From: Meiothermus sp.
Lineage (GTDB): Bacteria > Deinococcota > Deinococci > Deinococcales > Thermaceae
Reading direction: 5' to 3'
Length of the DNA: 64,000 nucleotides
Assembly: GCA_033762915.1 (NCBI GenBank)
Contig: JANRLD010000053.1
Coordinates: 77,094 to 141,093 of the forward strand
The position numbers were made by a program, and so were the translations under genes. Of the stretch, positions 50,192-59,179 are shown one piece after another; position 1 is the first letter of the stretch; every line of letters begins with the position of its first letter. The notes beneath the pieces were generated by a model. The model ran no database searches. It saw only the letters and a list, made by a program, of their open reading frames with translations, and was not told where the DNA came from.

Positions 50192-50686
50192 TCAGTCGGC
50201 TGCGCCGACCTTCCCCGCCATCTTGTCCGCCGCATACTGCACGGCCTTGACGATGTTGTGGTAGCCGGTGCAGCGGCAAAGGTTGCCCTCGAGGGCGTGC
50301 CGGATCTCCCCATCCGAAGGGTTGGGGTTCTTGTTGAGCAGGTCGGCGGCGGCCATGATCATGCCGGGGGTGCAGAAGCCGCACTGGAGGCCGTGCATCT
50401 CCCAGAAGCCCTCCTGCACCGGGTGCAAGTTGCCCACACTGCCGATGCCCTCGATGGTAGTGACGCTGCCACCGTCGGCCTGTACGGCGAACATTGTGCA
50501 GCTCTTGACTGCCTGGCCGTCCAGATGGACCGTGCAGGCCCCGCACTGGCTGGTGTCGCAGCCGACGTGGGTGCCGGTCAGGCCCAGGTGCTCGCGCAGG
50601 TAGTAGACCAACAGGGTGCGGGGTTCCACCTCGTCGTGGTGGGTGGCCCCGTTCACGGTGATGCTGACCTTCACTTTCTCAGACAT
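50192..50686 (-). CDS. coxS: 2x[2Fe-2S] small subunit (CoxS-like)
   Basis: [31 protein letters not shown]. Confidence 0.95.
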   Translation of the reverse strand: MSEKVKVSITVNGATHHDEVEPRTLLVYYLREHLGLTGTHVGCDTSQCGACTVHLDGQAVKSCTMFAVQADGGSVTTIEGIGSVGNLHPVQEGFWEMHGLQCGFCTPGMIMAAADLLNKNPNPSDGEIRHALEGNLCRCTGYHNIVKAVQYAADKMAGKVGAAD

Positions 50687-51256
50687 TATGCCTCCTGTGA
50701 ATCGCCGGAATTGCCGTTTGCCAGCGGACGCCAGGGGCGCGGGGTGGCCCGGCGTCCGTTCCCGAAAATCCGTGTATGCAACTCTGCACCGTTCACCTCG
50801 AGTCTGGACCGCTTCGCCCGACTTGTAGCCATACCAGATAGGAACCTGAGCGACGGCAGCCCAAACCGGTTAAAGGCTGCCCTTCGAAAAACTGAAATCG
50901 TTTGTCGAGATACTATATTGCTTCCATCATGAGACTGGCAACAACAATGAACATTCTCGGCGATACGCACCACTGTGGCGGGTGGTATGCCGTGAAGGGC
51001 TGTTCGCAATAGACCCCCGTGGATCTCGGTCCTGGCGCGGAAAACACCTTTCGAGCTTCCCACCTGCGGGGTGCCGGGCATTCCCCAGAACCGCCCCTTG
51101 GGGCCGAAGGCCGTCCCCTGCGGCGTTTTCGGAGTCGAAGGGGCGGAGTCAAATGACCAATGATGCAGAAACGGCCAAGGACGATGGTCGGAAAGCACCC
51201 CTAATCTGCGACCCGCGATGGCCCTCGGCGCGATCAGCAGGAGCCAACGTGAACCT

Positions 51257-51296
51257 TCCCCCTGTCCCCTGTTCCCTGTTCCCTGTACCCTATCCC
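51257..51296. repeat. Heptamer tandem repeat (tccctgt-like)n upstream of sufE
   Basis: cccctgt cccctgt tccctgt tccctgt accctat. Confidence 0.7.
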
Positions 51297-51298
51297 GT

Positions 51299-51742
51299 AT
51301 GAGCGCCGACCTTGCCGCCCTGCCGCCCAAACTGCAAACCATCGTACAAACGCTGGGCTCCGCCCCTAAGGTCATCAAGACCGAGATGCTCTTGGAGTTT
51401 GCCAAGAAGATGCCGCCGCTGCCCGAGGGGATGGAGCGGGGGCAGCTCGAGCAGGTTCACGAGTGCACCACCCCGTTCTTTGTACACGCCGAGATCGCGG
51501 ACCGGGACAAGGTTCACCTCTTCTTCGACGCGCCCAAGGAGGCCCCCACCGTACGCGCCTTCGCGGGGATGCTCGCCGAGGGCCTCGAGGGGGAGACGCC
51601 GGAGGCAGTGCTGGGCGTGCCGGAAGACTTCTACGCCCTGGCGAAGCTCGAGGAGATTGTGACCCCGCTGCGCCTGCGCGGACTGCAGGCCGTGCTGACC
51701 CGCATCAAGCGCCAGGTGCGCGAGGAGCAGGCCAAGGCCTAG
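51299..51742 (+). CDS. sufE: SufE family sulfur-acceptor protein
   Basis: LLEFA..MPPLP, V.ECT.P, EAPTVR.FA, PLRLRG. Confidence 0.88.
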   Translation: MSADLAALPPKLQTIVQTLGSAPKVIKTEMLLEFAKKMPPLPEGMERGQLEQVHECTTPFFVHAEIADRDKVHLFFDAPKEAPTVRAFAGMLAEGLEGETPEAVLGVPEDFYALAKLEEIVTPLRLRGLQAVLTRIKRQVREEQAKA

Positions 51743-51875
51743 GGCCGCCGGGGTGAAGGTAGCAGCCACGCGCTGGTGCAAGCAGCAGCGCAGTTTAAGG
51801 GGGAGTTCCTGGTCCGCCCCGCGCGTCTCGACCATGGGATGCGTGGAAAAGTGCGCGGGCCTCCGACGCACAGGG

Positions 51876-52058
51876 TCAGCCCATCTCCTCGAGTTCGTCC
51901 AACACAGACTGCGCCTCACGGCTCCAGCCCGAAGGCTCGGGGACGCTGGGCGGGCCGAGGTCTTCGTCCTCCCAGCCCGAGACCAGCGCGGCCAGCCTTA
52001 GCCGCTCCTGCCAGTCCAGCAGCCAGCGCTGCCAGCGTGTGAGGTTGAAGGGCTTCAT
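51876..52058 (-). CDS. Small hypothetical protein
   Basis: GGGAGA RBS; 60 aa; promoter-like motif further upstream. Confidence 0.5.
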   Translation of the reverse strand: MKPFNLTRWQRWLLDWQERLRLAALVSGWEDEDLGPPSVPEPSGWSREAQSVLDELEEMG

Positions 52059-52204
52059 GGCGGTCTCCCCTGCTCAAAACCCTTCAGACCGTCCGTCGAT
52101 TGGGTGCCCGCCGAATTCGAGCCGCTGTCGTCTGGGTGCCTAGCCATACCGAGCATTCCATACCGTTCTCCTCTGCCCCATGAGGGGGATGTCTACCCAC
52201 ATCG

Positions 52205-52267
52205 TCGCGTTTCCCGCGAATACTCTGCACGGCAAACACCGCCTCAGCGATTCGTGGGAGCTGCTCT
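52205..52267 (-). repeat. Dispersed repeat family B, short inverted copy
   Basis: Reverse complement starts agagcagctcccac and ends gcgggaaacgcga. Confidence 0.55.
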
Positions 52268-52329
52268 CGAGTCTGCACCTGCAGGGGTCGGGTGGCGCCA
52301 CTGCGGCCCCCTCCCCTTCCCTCGAGAAC

Positions 52330-52363
52330 AGTGTCTCTGAGACCTGGTAACGTCTGGGTAACG
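52330..52363 (-). promoter_or_regulatory. 11-bp-period direct repeat plus -10-like box
   Basis: Minus strand: CGTTACC-caga-CGTTACC-N10-GACACT. Confidence 0.55.
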
Positions 52364-52444
52364 AGACAAATAACTTGTATGGGCAGAGTACGCCCCAGCC
52401 GGTAGGCTGGGGCGTTAGGGAAAGCAATCACCACGACCGCAGGT

Positions 52445-53119
52445 TTACTCGAGCCGCCACAGCATGGTCACGTCGTAGGTGCCCTTGTGCCCCACAAAGC
52501 GCACCACCTCCTCGGGGGTCTGGCGAGAGCCGTTCCAGGTGTGGGTGGGGCTGGGGATGTCCAGGCTCTTCTGCTGCGGCTCGAAGATATCGTCGCCGAC
52601 CCAGGCCCTGGCGGTACTGATGAGCTTTTTGCCGATTTCCTTAATGGTCTCCTTGGCGAACTCCTTGAGGGCCTCAACCGCAAAGGCGGGGGCCGCCGCC
52701 GGGGCCACCGCCGTCCCGCCACCCCCGGCGGGGCGGCTGATGATGGCGTCGAGGTTGGTGGCCCGCAGCTTGGCCCCGAACTCCGCGGCCATCTTCTCGA
52801 GGAAGGCGTTGCGGCCGTTGCCCGCGTCGTGCTCGGCCAGCACCAGCGCCGCCACCACCGCTTTGGGATACGGAAGCACAGAGGGGTCGCCCAGGTCGAA
52901 GTTGAAGAGGTCGCGGTTCCAGTTGACGGTCTCGCCGTCGTCGAAGTTGTTACCGACCAGCTTGGAGCCGGTGGTGGTGACGGTAAAGCTCTTGTTGGCA
53001 TTCACCAGCACGTAGACCGCGCCCAGGTAGATCTCATCGTTGCCGAAGCGCTCGGCGAAACTACCGCCGGTCTCGTCCACGCACCGCACCCTCGGAACCC
53101 GCAATGCAATTCTGGCCAT
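52445..53119 (-). CDS. Hypothetical protein (beta-rich with a central amphipathic helical insert)
   Basis: AAAGGAG RBS before ATG 53119; GC3-rich coding; no family recognised. Confidence 0.75.
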   Translation of the reverse strand: MARIALRVPRVRCVDETGGSFAERFGNDEIYLGAVYVLVNANKSFTVTTTGSKLVGNNFDDGETVNWNRDLFNFDLGDPSVLPYPKAVVAALVLAEHDAGNGRNAFLEKMAAEFGAKLRATNLDAIISRPAGGGGTAVAPAAAPAFAVEALKEFAKETIKEIGKKLISTARAWVGDDIFEPQQKSLDIPSPTHTWNGSRQTPEEVVRFVGHKGTYDVTMLWRLE

Positions 53120-53492
53120 ACCCTGCTCCTTTTCGGCGAATCGGTCGCCGCTTGTCGCTGCCCGCTGGCTCCACCCTGCCCACTGCAAACGGTTCTCTGT
53201 TACACGTCGCACCTCCTCCAGTTCCCCCCACCGCCCTGGCTGTCCGGCAGGGCGATGGCGAACCGCCTTTATGTGTGGCGTCCGGCCCGCCGGGCCAGAC
53301 GCTCGAGGCCCGATCGCAGCACCAAAAGGGCCAATGGCGCGCGAAATGCCTTCGTGTCGAGGTTGAATCGGGCCGGGCTAAGCGTCAACCAATATGGCGC
53401 TGCTTCAGCGGACGCTTCTCGGGTGACCGCTTCGGGGCGAGGGGTCAGCGTACTGGGGCCGTTCGCTCGAGACGCCGTCTCCGGCTGTTCGA

Positions 53493-53603
53493 CCTCAGAG
53501 CGGTTCCCACGCATACTCCCTACGGCGCTAAAGCGGGCGGTTTTTGCTTTAGGGAGTACATTGCCTGCTGCCGCGAGGGAGGTACTGGTGGGAAACGCGA
53601 TCA
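53493..53603 (+). repeat. Dispersed repeat family B (MITE-like, imperfect terminal inverted repeats)
   Basis: cctcagagcggttcccac...gtgggaaacgcgatca; identical ends at 62006-62127. Confidence 0.75.
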
Positions 53604-53753
53604 GTTGGGTGTACAGCCCGCCGCGCCGCGCCGGGTGCAGGTGTGCGGCTTTAGCAGAGGCGGCGATGCGTGACCTGGTGCGGGCGCTGGCGCAATTGCC
53701 CCTGGCATTCTGGGGCAGAATCCCGTATGTGAACTGTGCAGACCCTGAGATAC

Positions 53754-54962
53754 TCAGTAGCCGCTCACCAGCAGGGTGCTCCCCTCGCCGCCGATCCACA
53801 CCCGGTTGGCGTCCACCGCAAAGCCCGCATGCAGCCGGGCGCTGGAGGCTAAGGCCCGCACCGAGGAGGTGATGTCGCGCCAGGTAGCCCCGCCGTCGGT
53901 AGTCTGGAACACCAGCGGCGAAGCGCTGTCGGTCTTGCCCACCGCCCAGCCGTTGACCCCGCCCGGGGCGAAGAAGACGTGGCGGAACACGGTGTTCTCG
54001 CGCAGGTTGGGCAGGGTGGCCTTGGTCCAGGTGGAGTCCTGGCCCTTCTGGGGGTCGTTGGAGACGTAGATATAGGCCGAGGCGGGGGCGTTGTCCAGCC
54101 CGCCGAAGGCGAGGCAGCGGGTGGGGGTGGGGCAGGCGAAGCCCAGCGGCCCAAGGTCGCCCTCCACGCCCTTAAGCTCGGCCAGGGCGAAGCGCTTGCC
54201 GCCGTCGGTGGAGATGCACACGCCGGGGCTGCCGCTGCCGCGCTGGTTGCGCGCGCCGTTGGGGTAGAGGATCAGCGAGAGGTCGGGGGCCACGTAGCCC
54301 ACCTGGGTGAGGCGCGGCAGGATGCCGGTGCCGGGGTCGGAGTCGCAGAGCTTGGGGTTGGCCCGCTTCAGCTCGGCGAAATTGCGCGGCACCGAAGGCG
54401 CGACCGGCGACCACAGCGGGCTCCACAAGGCCCCCGGCGCGGGGGCATCGTTGGTCTCGTAGAGGGTGCGCAGGGTGAACAGCACCCAGCGCCCGTCCTT
54501 GGAGCCGATGCCCATCTGCTGGTTGAGCCCGAAGGTACCCCCGCCGTCCAGCACCCCGATCTTCACCGCGCTCCAGGAGGCCGCTTTGGTGATGTCACCG
54601 GTCGCGCTCACGAATGCCGCGCCCGCCCCCGCCACGTGCACGATCAACCGATCGCCCACCTTGGTGAAGCCCAGGAAACCCACCTCGCCCAGCGTGCCCA
54701 GCGGCTCGGCGAACTTGGCGTCGCCGACCAGCAGCGTCGCGGTGATCTGGGTGCCGTTGCTGGCGTAGACCCGGCCCGGCCCGCCGGCGCGGTCGGTGGA
54801 GATCACGCAGGCGTCGGGGGCCGAGCAGTAGATGCCGGTGACGCGCTCGCCGTCGTTGGGGAGCTTGATGACCTTGAAGGCGGGCTGCGCGGCGGCCAGG
54901 CCGAGGGCCAGCGGGGCAGCCAGGACGAGGGTCTGGAGGATACGTTTGGCAAAGTCGTGCAT
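53754..54962 (-). CDS. Secreted BNR/Asp-box (Ycf48-like) beta-propeller protein
   Basis: Signal peptide ending AAA-Q; STDGGKRF and TTDGGATW Asp-boxes; C..P..C blade motifs; AGGAG RBS. Confidence 0.8.
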   Translation of the reverse strand: MHDFAKRILQTLVLAAPLALGLAAAQPAFKVIKLPNDGERVTGIYCSAPDACVISTDRAGGPGRVYASNGTQITATLLVGDAKFAEPLGTLGEVGFLGFTKVGDRLIVHVAGAGAAFVSATGDITKAASWSAVKIGVLDGGGTFGLNQQMGIGSKDGRWVLFTLRTLYETNDAPAPGALWSPLWSPVAPSVPRNFAELKRANPKLCDSDPGTGILPRLTQVGYVAPDLSLILYPNGARNQRGSGSPGVCISTDGGKRFALAELKGVEGDLGPLGFACPTPTRCLAFGGLDNAPASAYIYVSNDPQKGQDSTWTKATLPNLRENTVFRHVFFAPGGVNGWAVGKTDSASPLVFQTTDGGATWRDITSSVRALASSARLHAGFAVDANRVWIGGEGSTLLVSGY

Positions 54963-55164
54963 GAGGGTCTCTCCTATTCTTGGGGCGCGGCGGTTGCCGC
55001 TTGGGGCTTGCAGTGCGGGGGGCGGCGAGGCCGCCTCGAGCACGGATGAGGGCCTGGCCGCTGCGGGCTCGAGGCCGCACGGTTGTGGCCAGGTAGGTTG
55101 AGGGCCTTGAGCCGCAGTTCGGGGGTGCCGCCGACCCACAGCGAGCGGCGGCAAGCCTTGGAGG

Positions 55165-56850
55165 TCAGCGACCGCCCAGCCGGGCCTCGAGGTTCGCCAG
55201 CTTGGCCTGCATGGCCTGAATTCCGGCCATCTGGGCCTCGAGCTCACCCATGCGGCGGGCCAGTTCGGCGTTCTGGGCCTTGAGGGCCTGGTTCTCCTGG
55301 TACAGGCCCTTGATCGCGGCCAGCGCCACGCCCTGCGCGTCGGCGGCGTTAATGGTCTTGTCGTCCTCGCCCAGCCCGAAGGCGGCGTAGAAGTCCTGAG
55401 CGGTGGGGCCGATGTGGGGGGTCTTGTTGGCGTCGCCCTTCATGTTCCACCGGGTGACCGGCAGCTTGGCCAGGGCCTCGAGGATCGCCCTGGCGTCCAC
55501 CGGGCGGAAGTTCTCCTTCTTGTTGCGGTCGGAGGTGCAGTTCCAGCCCGCGCTCCCGTTGAAGGAGCAGACGCCTGAACCGCCGGAGCCCCCGACAAAA
55601 ACCGCCGAGAAGCCGGTGCCCGAGGCGCAGCCCCCCATCGCGTAGGTCAGGTCGCCGCGGCAGGAGGTGCCTCCAAGGGTGCCCACCACCCCGCGGGCAT
55701 TGCTGTTGCCCAGCACCCCGATGCCCGTGCTGCTGACGCCCTCGACCCCGCGAAAACTGGAGCTGGTGCCATACACGCCGGTGGCGCTCTCAGCACAGCC
55801 GCCCACCCCGAAATTGCCCGCGCAGGGCAGCGTGAGGCTGCCCTGGGTGCCCACGATGCCGCGGGTCGAGCTGCGCCCCAGCACCCCGATGCCGCTCTGG
55901 CTACCCCCGATGACCCCAATACCGCCGGGGGACTCGCCCAACACCCCCACGGCGGTGGAGATGGAGAGTCCCGCCCCGCCGCCGCCCTGCCCGCGCACCC
56001 CGATCAGGCTGGCGCTGCGCCCGTCCACCCCGATGCCGCTCGAGCTGCCCCCAAGCACCCCGACCCCACCGGCACTCTCGCCCAGTAGACCGTTCGGGGT
56101 GGAGAGGTTCAGGCCCGCGGTGCCGCCAGCCTGGCCGCGCAATGCGAAGGAGAAGCCGGTGGTCGCGGAGTTGACCACCGACAGGCCACCCATCGTCAGC
56201 GAGCTGGCCAGCTTGGCCCCGGTCACCGCGCCATCGGCCAGCTTGGCGGTGGTCACCGCGCCGTTGGCGAGCCGGGCGGTGGTGACCCCGTTGTCGGCCA
56301 GCGAGAGGGTCACGTCGCCGCTGTCGCCGCCCCCGCTCAGGCCGCTGCCGGCAGTGACCCGGGTGATGTCTCCGCTCCCCCCGCCGCCGGTGCCCACGTC
56401 GTCCGAGGCGCAAGCCCACAGGCTGCCATTCCACTTGGGTACCTGCCCGCCCGAGCAGCTCTGGGGCAACCGGAAGGCCCCCGCGATCTGCAAGGTCACG
56501 TCGCCGCTGGTGCCGCCGCCCTCGAGGCCGGTCCCCGCCCCCACCGCGCTGATGTCCCCGCCGCCCGAGCCCGTGCCGATCTGGTCGTCCTCCCAGGCCA
56601 GCGCGCCGTCGAGGAACTTGAGGGTCTTGCCGTTGACGCCGGTTCCCTGAATCTCGAGCCGTGAGAGCCCGATGGGGGCCTCGAGAGCCTCCACCGCACC
56701 CTTAAGGATCGCAAAATTACCGTTGACCTCGCTCGAGCGGATGGGGTCGCCCGCCTTGAAGACCGCCAACTCGCTGACCGCCAGCCCGAACAGGCCGCCC
56801 GCCGCCAGCACCGCCCCTGCCACGAAGTAATTTGTGTGATTTCTGCCCAT
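55165..56850 (-). CDS. Secreted fibre/adhesin-like protein with a C-terminal peptidase S74 intramolecular chaperone
   Basis: Signal peptide; F.AG.PI.S.EVN.NF; V.AG.GL.GGG.SGDVTL x2; GAVT.AKLA repeats; GV.G.S repeats; SDRNKKEN...HIGP.AQDF..AFGLG plus coiled coil. Confidence 0.88.
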   Translation of the reverse strand: MGRNHTNYFVAGAVLAAGGLFGLAVSELAVFKAGDPIRSSEVNGNFAILKGAVEALEAPIGLSRLEIQGTGVNGKTLKFLDGALAWEDDQIGTGSGGGDISAVGAGTGLEGGGTSGDVTLQIAGAFRLPQSCSGGQVPKWNGSLWACASDDVGTGGGGSGDITRVTAGSGLSGGGDSGDVTLSLADNGVTTARLANGAVTTAKLADGAVTGAKLASSLTMGGLSVVNSATTGFSFALRGQAGGTAGLNLSTPNGLLGESAGGVGVLGGSSSGIGVDGRSASLIGVRGQGGGGAGLSISTAVGVLGESPGGIGVIGGSQSGIGVLGRSSTRGIVGTQGSLTLPCAGNFGVGGCAESATGVYGTSSSFRGVEGVSSTGIGVLGNSNARGVVGTLGGTSCRGDLTYAMGGCASGTGFSAVFVGGSGGSGVCSFNGSAGWNCTSDRNKKENFRPVDARAILEALAKLPVTRWNMKGDANKTPHIGPTAQDFYAAFGLGEDDKTINAADAQGVALAAIKGLYQENQALKAQNAELARRMGELEAQMAGIQAMQAKLANLEARLGGR

Positions 56851-56862
56851 GGCTTCCCCCCT

Positions 56863-57027
56863 TTACTGCCAGTTCGACTGATCCCACTTGCCGCTGTCCC
56901 AGACAGCCCCGACTGGGTCTGGGCTCCCAGGGTTTGGGCTCCCGGGGCCAGGGCTCGGAGCGCCACAGGCAGCCAGGAGCAGCAGAAGCGAAAGAAACAG
57001 CGCGGCCAGGTTCCAACTCTTGCTCAT
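56863..57027 (-). CDS. 54-aa lipoprotein with a Pro/Gly linker and C-terminal WDxxxWDxxxWQ motif (absent from the ORF track)
   Basis: Manual translation: MSKSWNLAALFLSLLLLLAACGAPSPGPGSPNPGSPDPVGAVWDSGKWDQSNWQ*. GGGAG RBS, lipobox LAAC, fills the gap between two genes. Confidence 0.8.
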   Translation of the reverse strand: MSKSWNLAALFLSLLLLLAACGAPSPGPGSPNPGSPDPVGAVWDSGKWDQSNWQ

Positions 57028-57043
57028 TAGGTTCCTCCCTTGC

Positions 57044-59119
57044 TCAGCAGATGCGGTTCACGCGGATCACGATGAAGTCGAAGCCTTCGTTGCTCTGGGC
57101 GTCGCGGGCCCGGAGCCGCAGGCGCAGGGTGTCGCTCACCTCGCAGGTGGTGTAGGTGATGCTGTTGGTGGGCCTCCAGTCGCCGTTGGCTGCCGGGGTG
57201 ACGGGGAAGGTCTGGGCCCCGGTGCCGGTGGCGGGGTTGTAGCCGGTGGTCACGTCCCAGGAGAGGGTGACCGCGCTGCCCTCGGGGTCGGCGGCGGTTC
57301 CGCCGAGCCGGATCAGCTGGTCGGGGCCGATGGTGATGTTGTTCTGCGGGCTGGTCAGGTTCACCACCGGGGGCAGGTTGGCGGGCGGGTCGACCACGGT
57401 GACGCTCACCGTGGCGGTGCCGGTGGCTCCCTGGGGGTCGGTGCCGGTAAGGGTCAGCGTGCGCGGGCCGTTGGTGGCGAAGCTGGCCGAGGGCGAGCAG
57501 CCGGTCGCGGAGAGGTTGTCCCCGGCCACGCTGCTGGTCCAGCGCAGGCTGTCGCAGGGCAGTTCAAACCCCGCCTCGTTACGGTCGAAGCTCACCCCGC
57601 GCAGCCGGTAGCTCACCCCGCGGAAAAGCTGCTGCCCACCGAAGGGGCTGCTGATCGCCAGGGTGGGGGGGGTGTTGACCACGTTGATCTCCAGGGTGGC
57701 GCTACGCGTAGCCCCCTTGCTGTCGACGGCGGTCGCGGTAATGGTGCGCGTCCCCAGGGTGGTGAAGGTGTAGGGCAGCTCGGGCTGCACCCCGCTGGCG
57801 TTGCCCAGGGCGCCGCCCACCCCGTCGCCGGTGCGGCTGGAGCGGAAGCTCACCTGGCAGCAGGCCGGGCCGTCCTCGGCGTCGAGGACCCGGACGCGCA
57901 GGTTGCAGCAGGTGCCGAGGTCGGCGGCGCCGGCGCTCGAAAGGAAGGAGACATCGGGGGGGGTGTTGGCGGCGCGGGCGATCTCGACGCTGTCGTCGCG
58001 GAGGTTGGTGGAGTAGCTCTTAGAGAACCCCAACACCTTGATGTTGATCCCCACGTTGGCCTCGATCCCGGCGAACAGCTTCCAGAGGGGGTCGCGCGGG
58101 TACATCAGGTCGAGCTTGGCGGACGGGGCGACCTCGATGGTGGGCCCGACCACGCCGTAGAACATCAGTTCGGCCCGGGCGGCGGCCTTGGCCTTGGCCT
58201 CGAGCACCCCGCTGATACCGGTAGTGGCGTCCACCGGCCCGGACTTGAAGTCGCTGACAAAGTCGGAGATGTTCTTCCAGCCGTCGTCGTACTTGGCCCC
58301 CGCCACCGCCTTGAGGGTGTAGCTGATCTCGTAGCCGACCTTGAGGCCGGCCTTGCCCTCGAACTTGAGCTCGAGCACCAGCTTTGGCGTAATCACCACC
58401 GGCACTGGCCCGATAAAGAAGGTCTTGGGAGTGAAGTTGAGGGTAGCGATGGGGACGGTCTTCTTCAGGGTCAGCCCACCGAGCGCGTCGGCCTTGACGC
58501 CGAGCTTGGCAACGAACTCGAGGCCCAGCTCGCCCTTAAAGTCGAGGTCGTTGTCCGCCACGCACAGAAAGCCGCAGTCGAGGTCGAGGTCCACCTTGAT
58601 GATGGGCTTGAGCGTCAGCTCGCCCGAGGCCGCCACCCGGTCGTTGGTGGTGGCGGGGTTGTCGTCGCGGTCGAGCACCACCAGGCTGAAGGGCAGCTTC
58701 AGGCCGTCGGCCTGGGCCCGTACCTCCCCCAGCCGGGCCCCGGAGGCCGGCACCACCGAAGCCAAGTCGGCCTCGGTCAGCTCGCGCTCGGCGGAGAGCC
58801 GGCCTTTCTGCAGGGCGTCGCCGAGCGCGGCCTGCTCGGTGCGCACCAGGGTCTTGCCACCGGACTGCTCAGTGGCGGTCACCTTGAGCAGCAGGCCGTT
58901 GGGGGCGGCGGCGGTGGGCTCGCTCACCAGCACGTCGCCGGCCTTGAAGGCGGTCCCGGCGGGGAACACCAGCGTGCCGTCGGGGCGGAACTCCTCGAGG
59001 GCGCCGCGGACCGCCGGGCCGAGCACCTTGGTCTCGGGGCGCACCACCGTCACGTTCTGGGGCGGGGACGTGCAGGCCGCCAGCAGCAAGAGCAGGCTTG
59101 GAAGGATCAGTCGTTTCAT
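57044..59119 (-). CDS. Lipoprotein with a long beta-rich region and C-terminal PKD/Ig-like repeats
   Basis: Lipobox LAAC; NTPP/NLPP-initiated repeats with D.EDG, L.W.S, GTRTIT.TA.DS.GAT. Confidence 0.82.
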   Translation of the reverse strand: MKRLILPSLLLLLAACTSPPQNVTVVRPETKVLGPAVRGALEEFRPDGTLVFPAGTAFKAGDVLVSEPTAAAPNGLLLKVTATEQSGGKTLVRTEQAALGDALQKGRLSAERELTEADLASVVPASGARLGEVRAQADGLKLPFSLVVLDRDDNPATTNDRVAASGELTLKPIIKVDLDLDCGFLCVADNDLDFKGELGLEFVAKLGVKADALGGLTLKKTVPIATLNFTPKTFFIGPVPVVITPKLVLELKFEGKAGLKVGYEISYTLKAVAGAKYDDGWKNISDFVSDFKSGPVDATTGISGVLEAKAKAAARAELMFYGVVGPTIEVAPSAKLDLMYPRDPLWKLFAGIEANVGINIKVLGFSKSYSTNLRDDSVEIARAANTPPDVSFLSSAGAADLGTCCNLRVRVLDAEDGPACCQVSFRSSRTGDGVGGALGNASGVQPELPYTFTTLGTRTITATAVDSKGATRSATLEINVVNTPPTLAISSPFGGQQLFRGVSYRLRGVSFDRNEAGFELPCDSLRWTSSVAGDNLSATGCSPSASFATNGPRTLTLTGTDPQGATGTATVSVTVVDPPANLPPVVNLTSPQNNITIGPDQLIRLGGTAADPEGSAVTLSWDVTTGYNPATGTGAQTFPVTPAANGDWRPTNSITYTTCEVSDTLRLRLRARDAQSNEGFDFIVIRVNRIC

Positions 59120-59179
59120 CGCTCACCTCGAGGGTTCTAAAGAACAGGGGTTTGTGGGCCTGGGGTCCTGAGCCGAGGC

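Noticed and set aside
50690..51250. Moco riboswitch or small gene upstream of coxS
   Set aside because: Hairpins are present, but I could not match a known consensus or find a credible ORF; an Infernal/Rfam scan would settle it.
53220..53750. ORFs in the 53.2-53.7 kb gap
   Set aside because: No RBS, codon bias or motifs; the region is hairpin- and repeat-rich.
55165..56850. Prophage tail gene interpretation
   Set aside because: The protein has a signal peptide, and no capsid, terminase, tail or integrase genes are present in the window.
56888..59140. 750-aa plus-strand ORF
   Set aside because: Antisense to a lipoprotein that has a lipobox and clear domain repeats.
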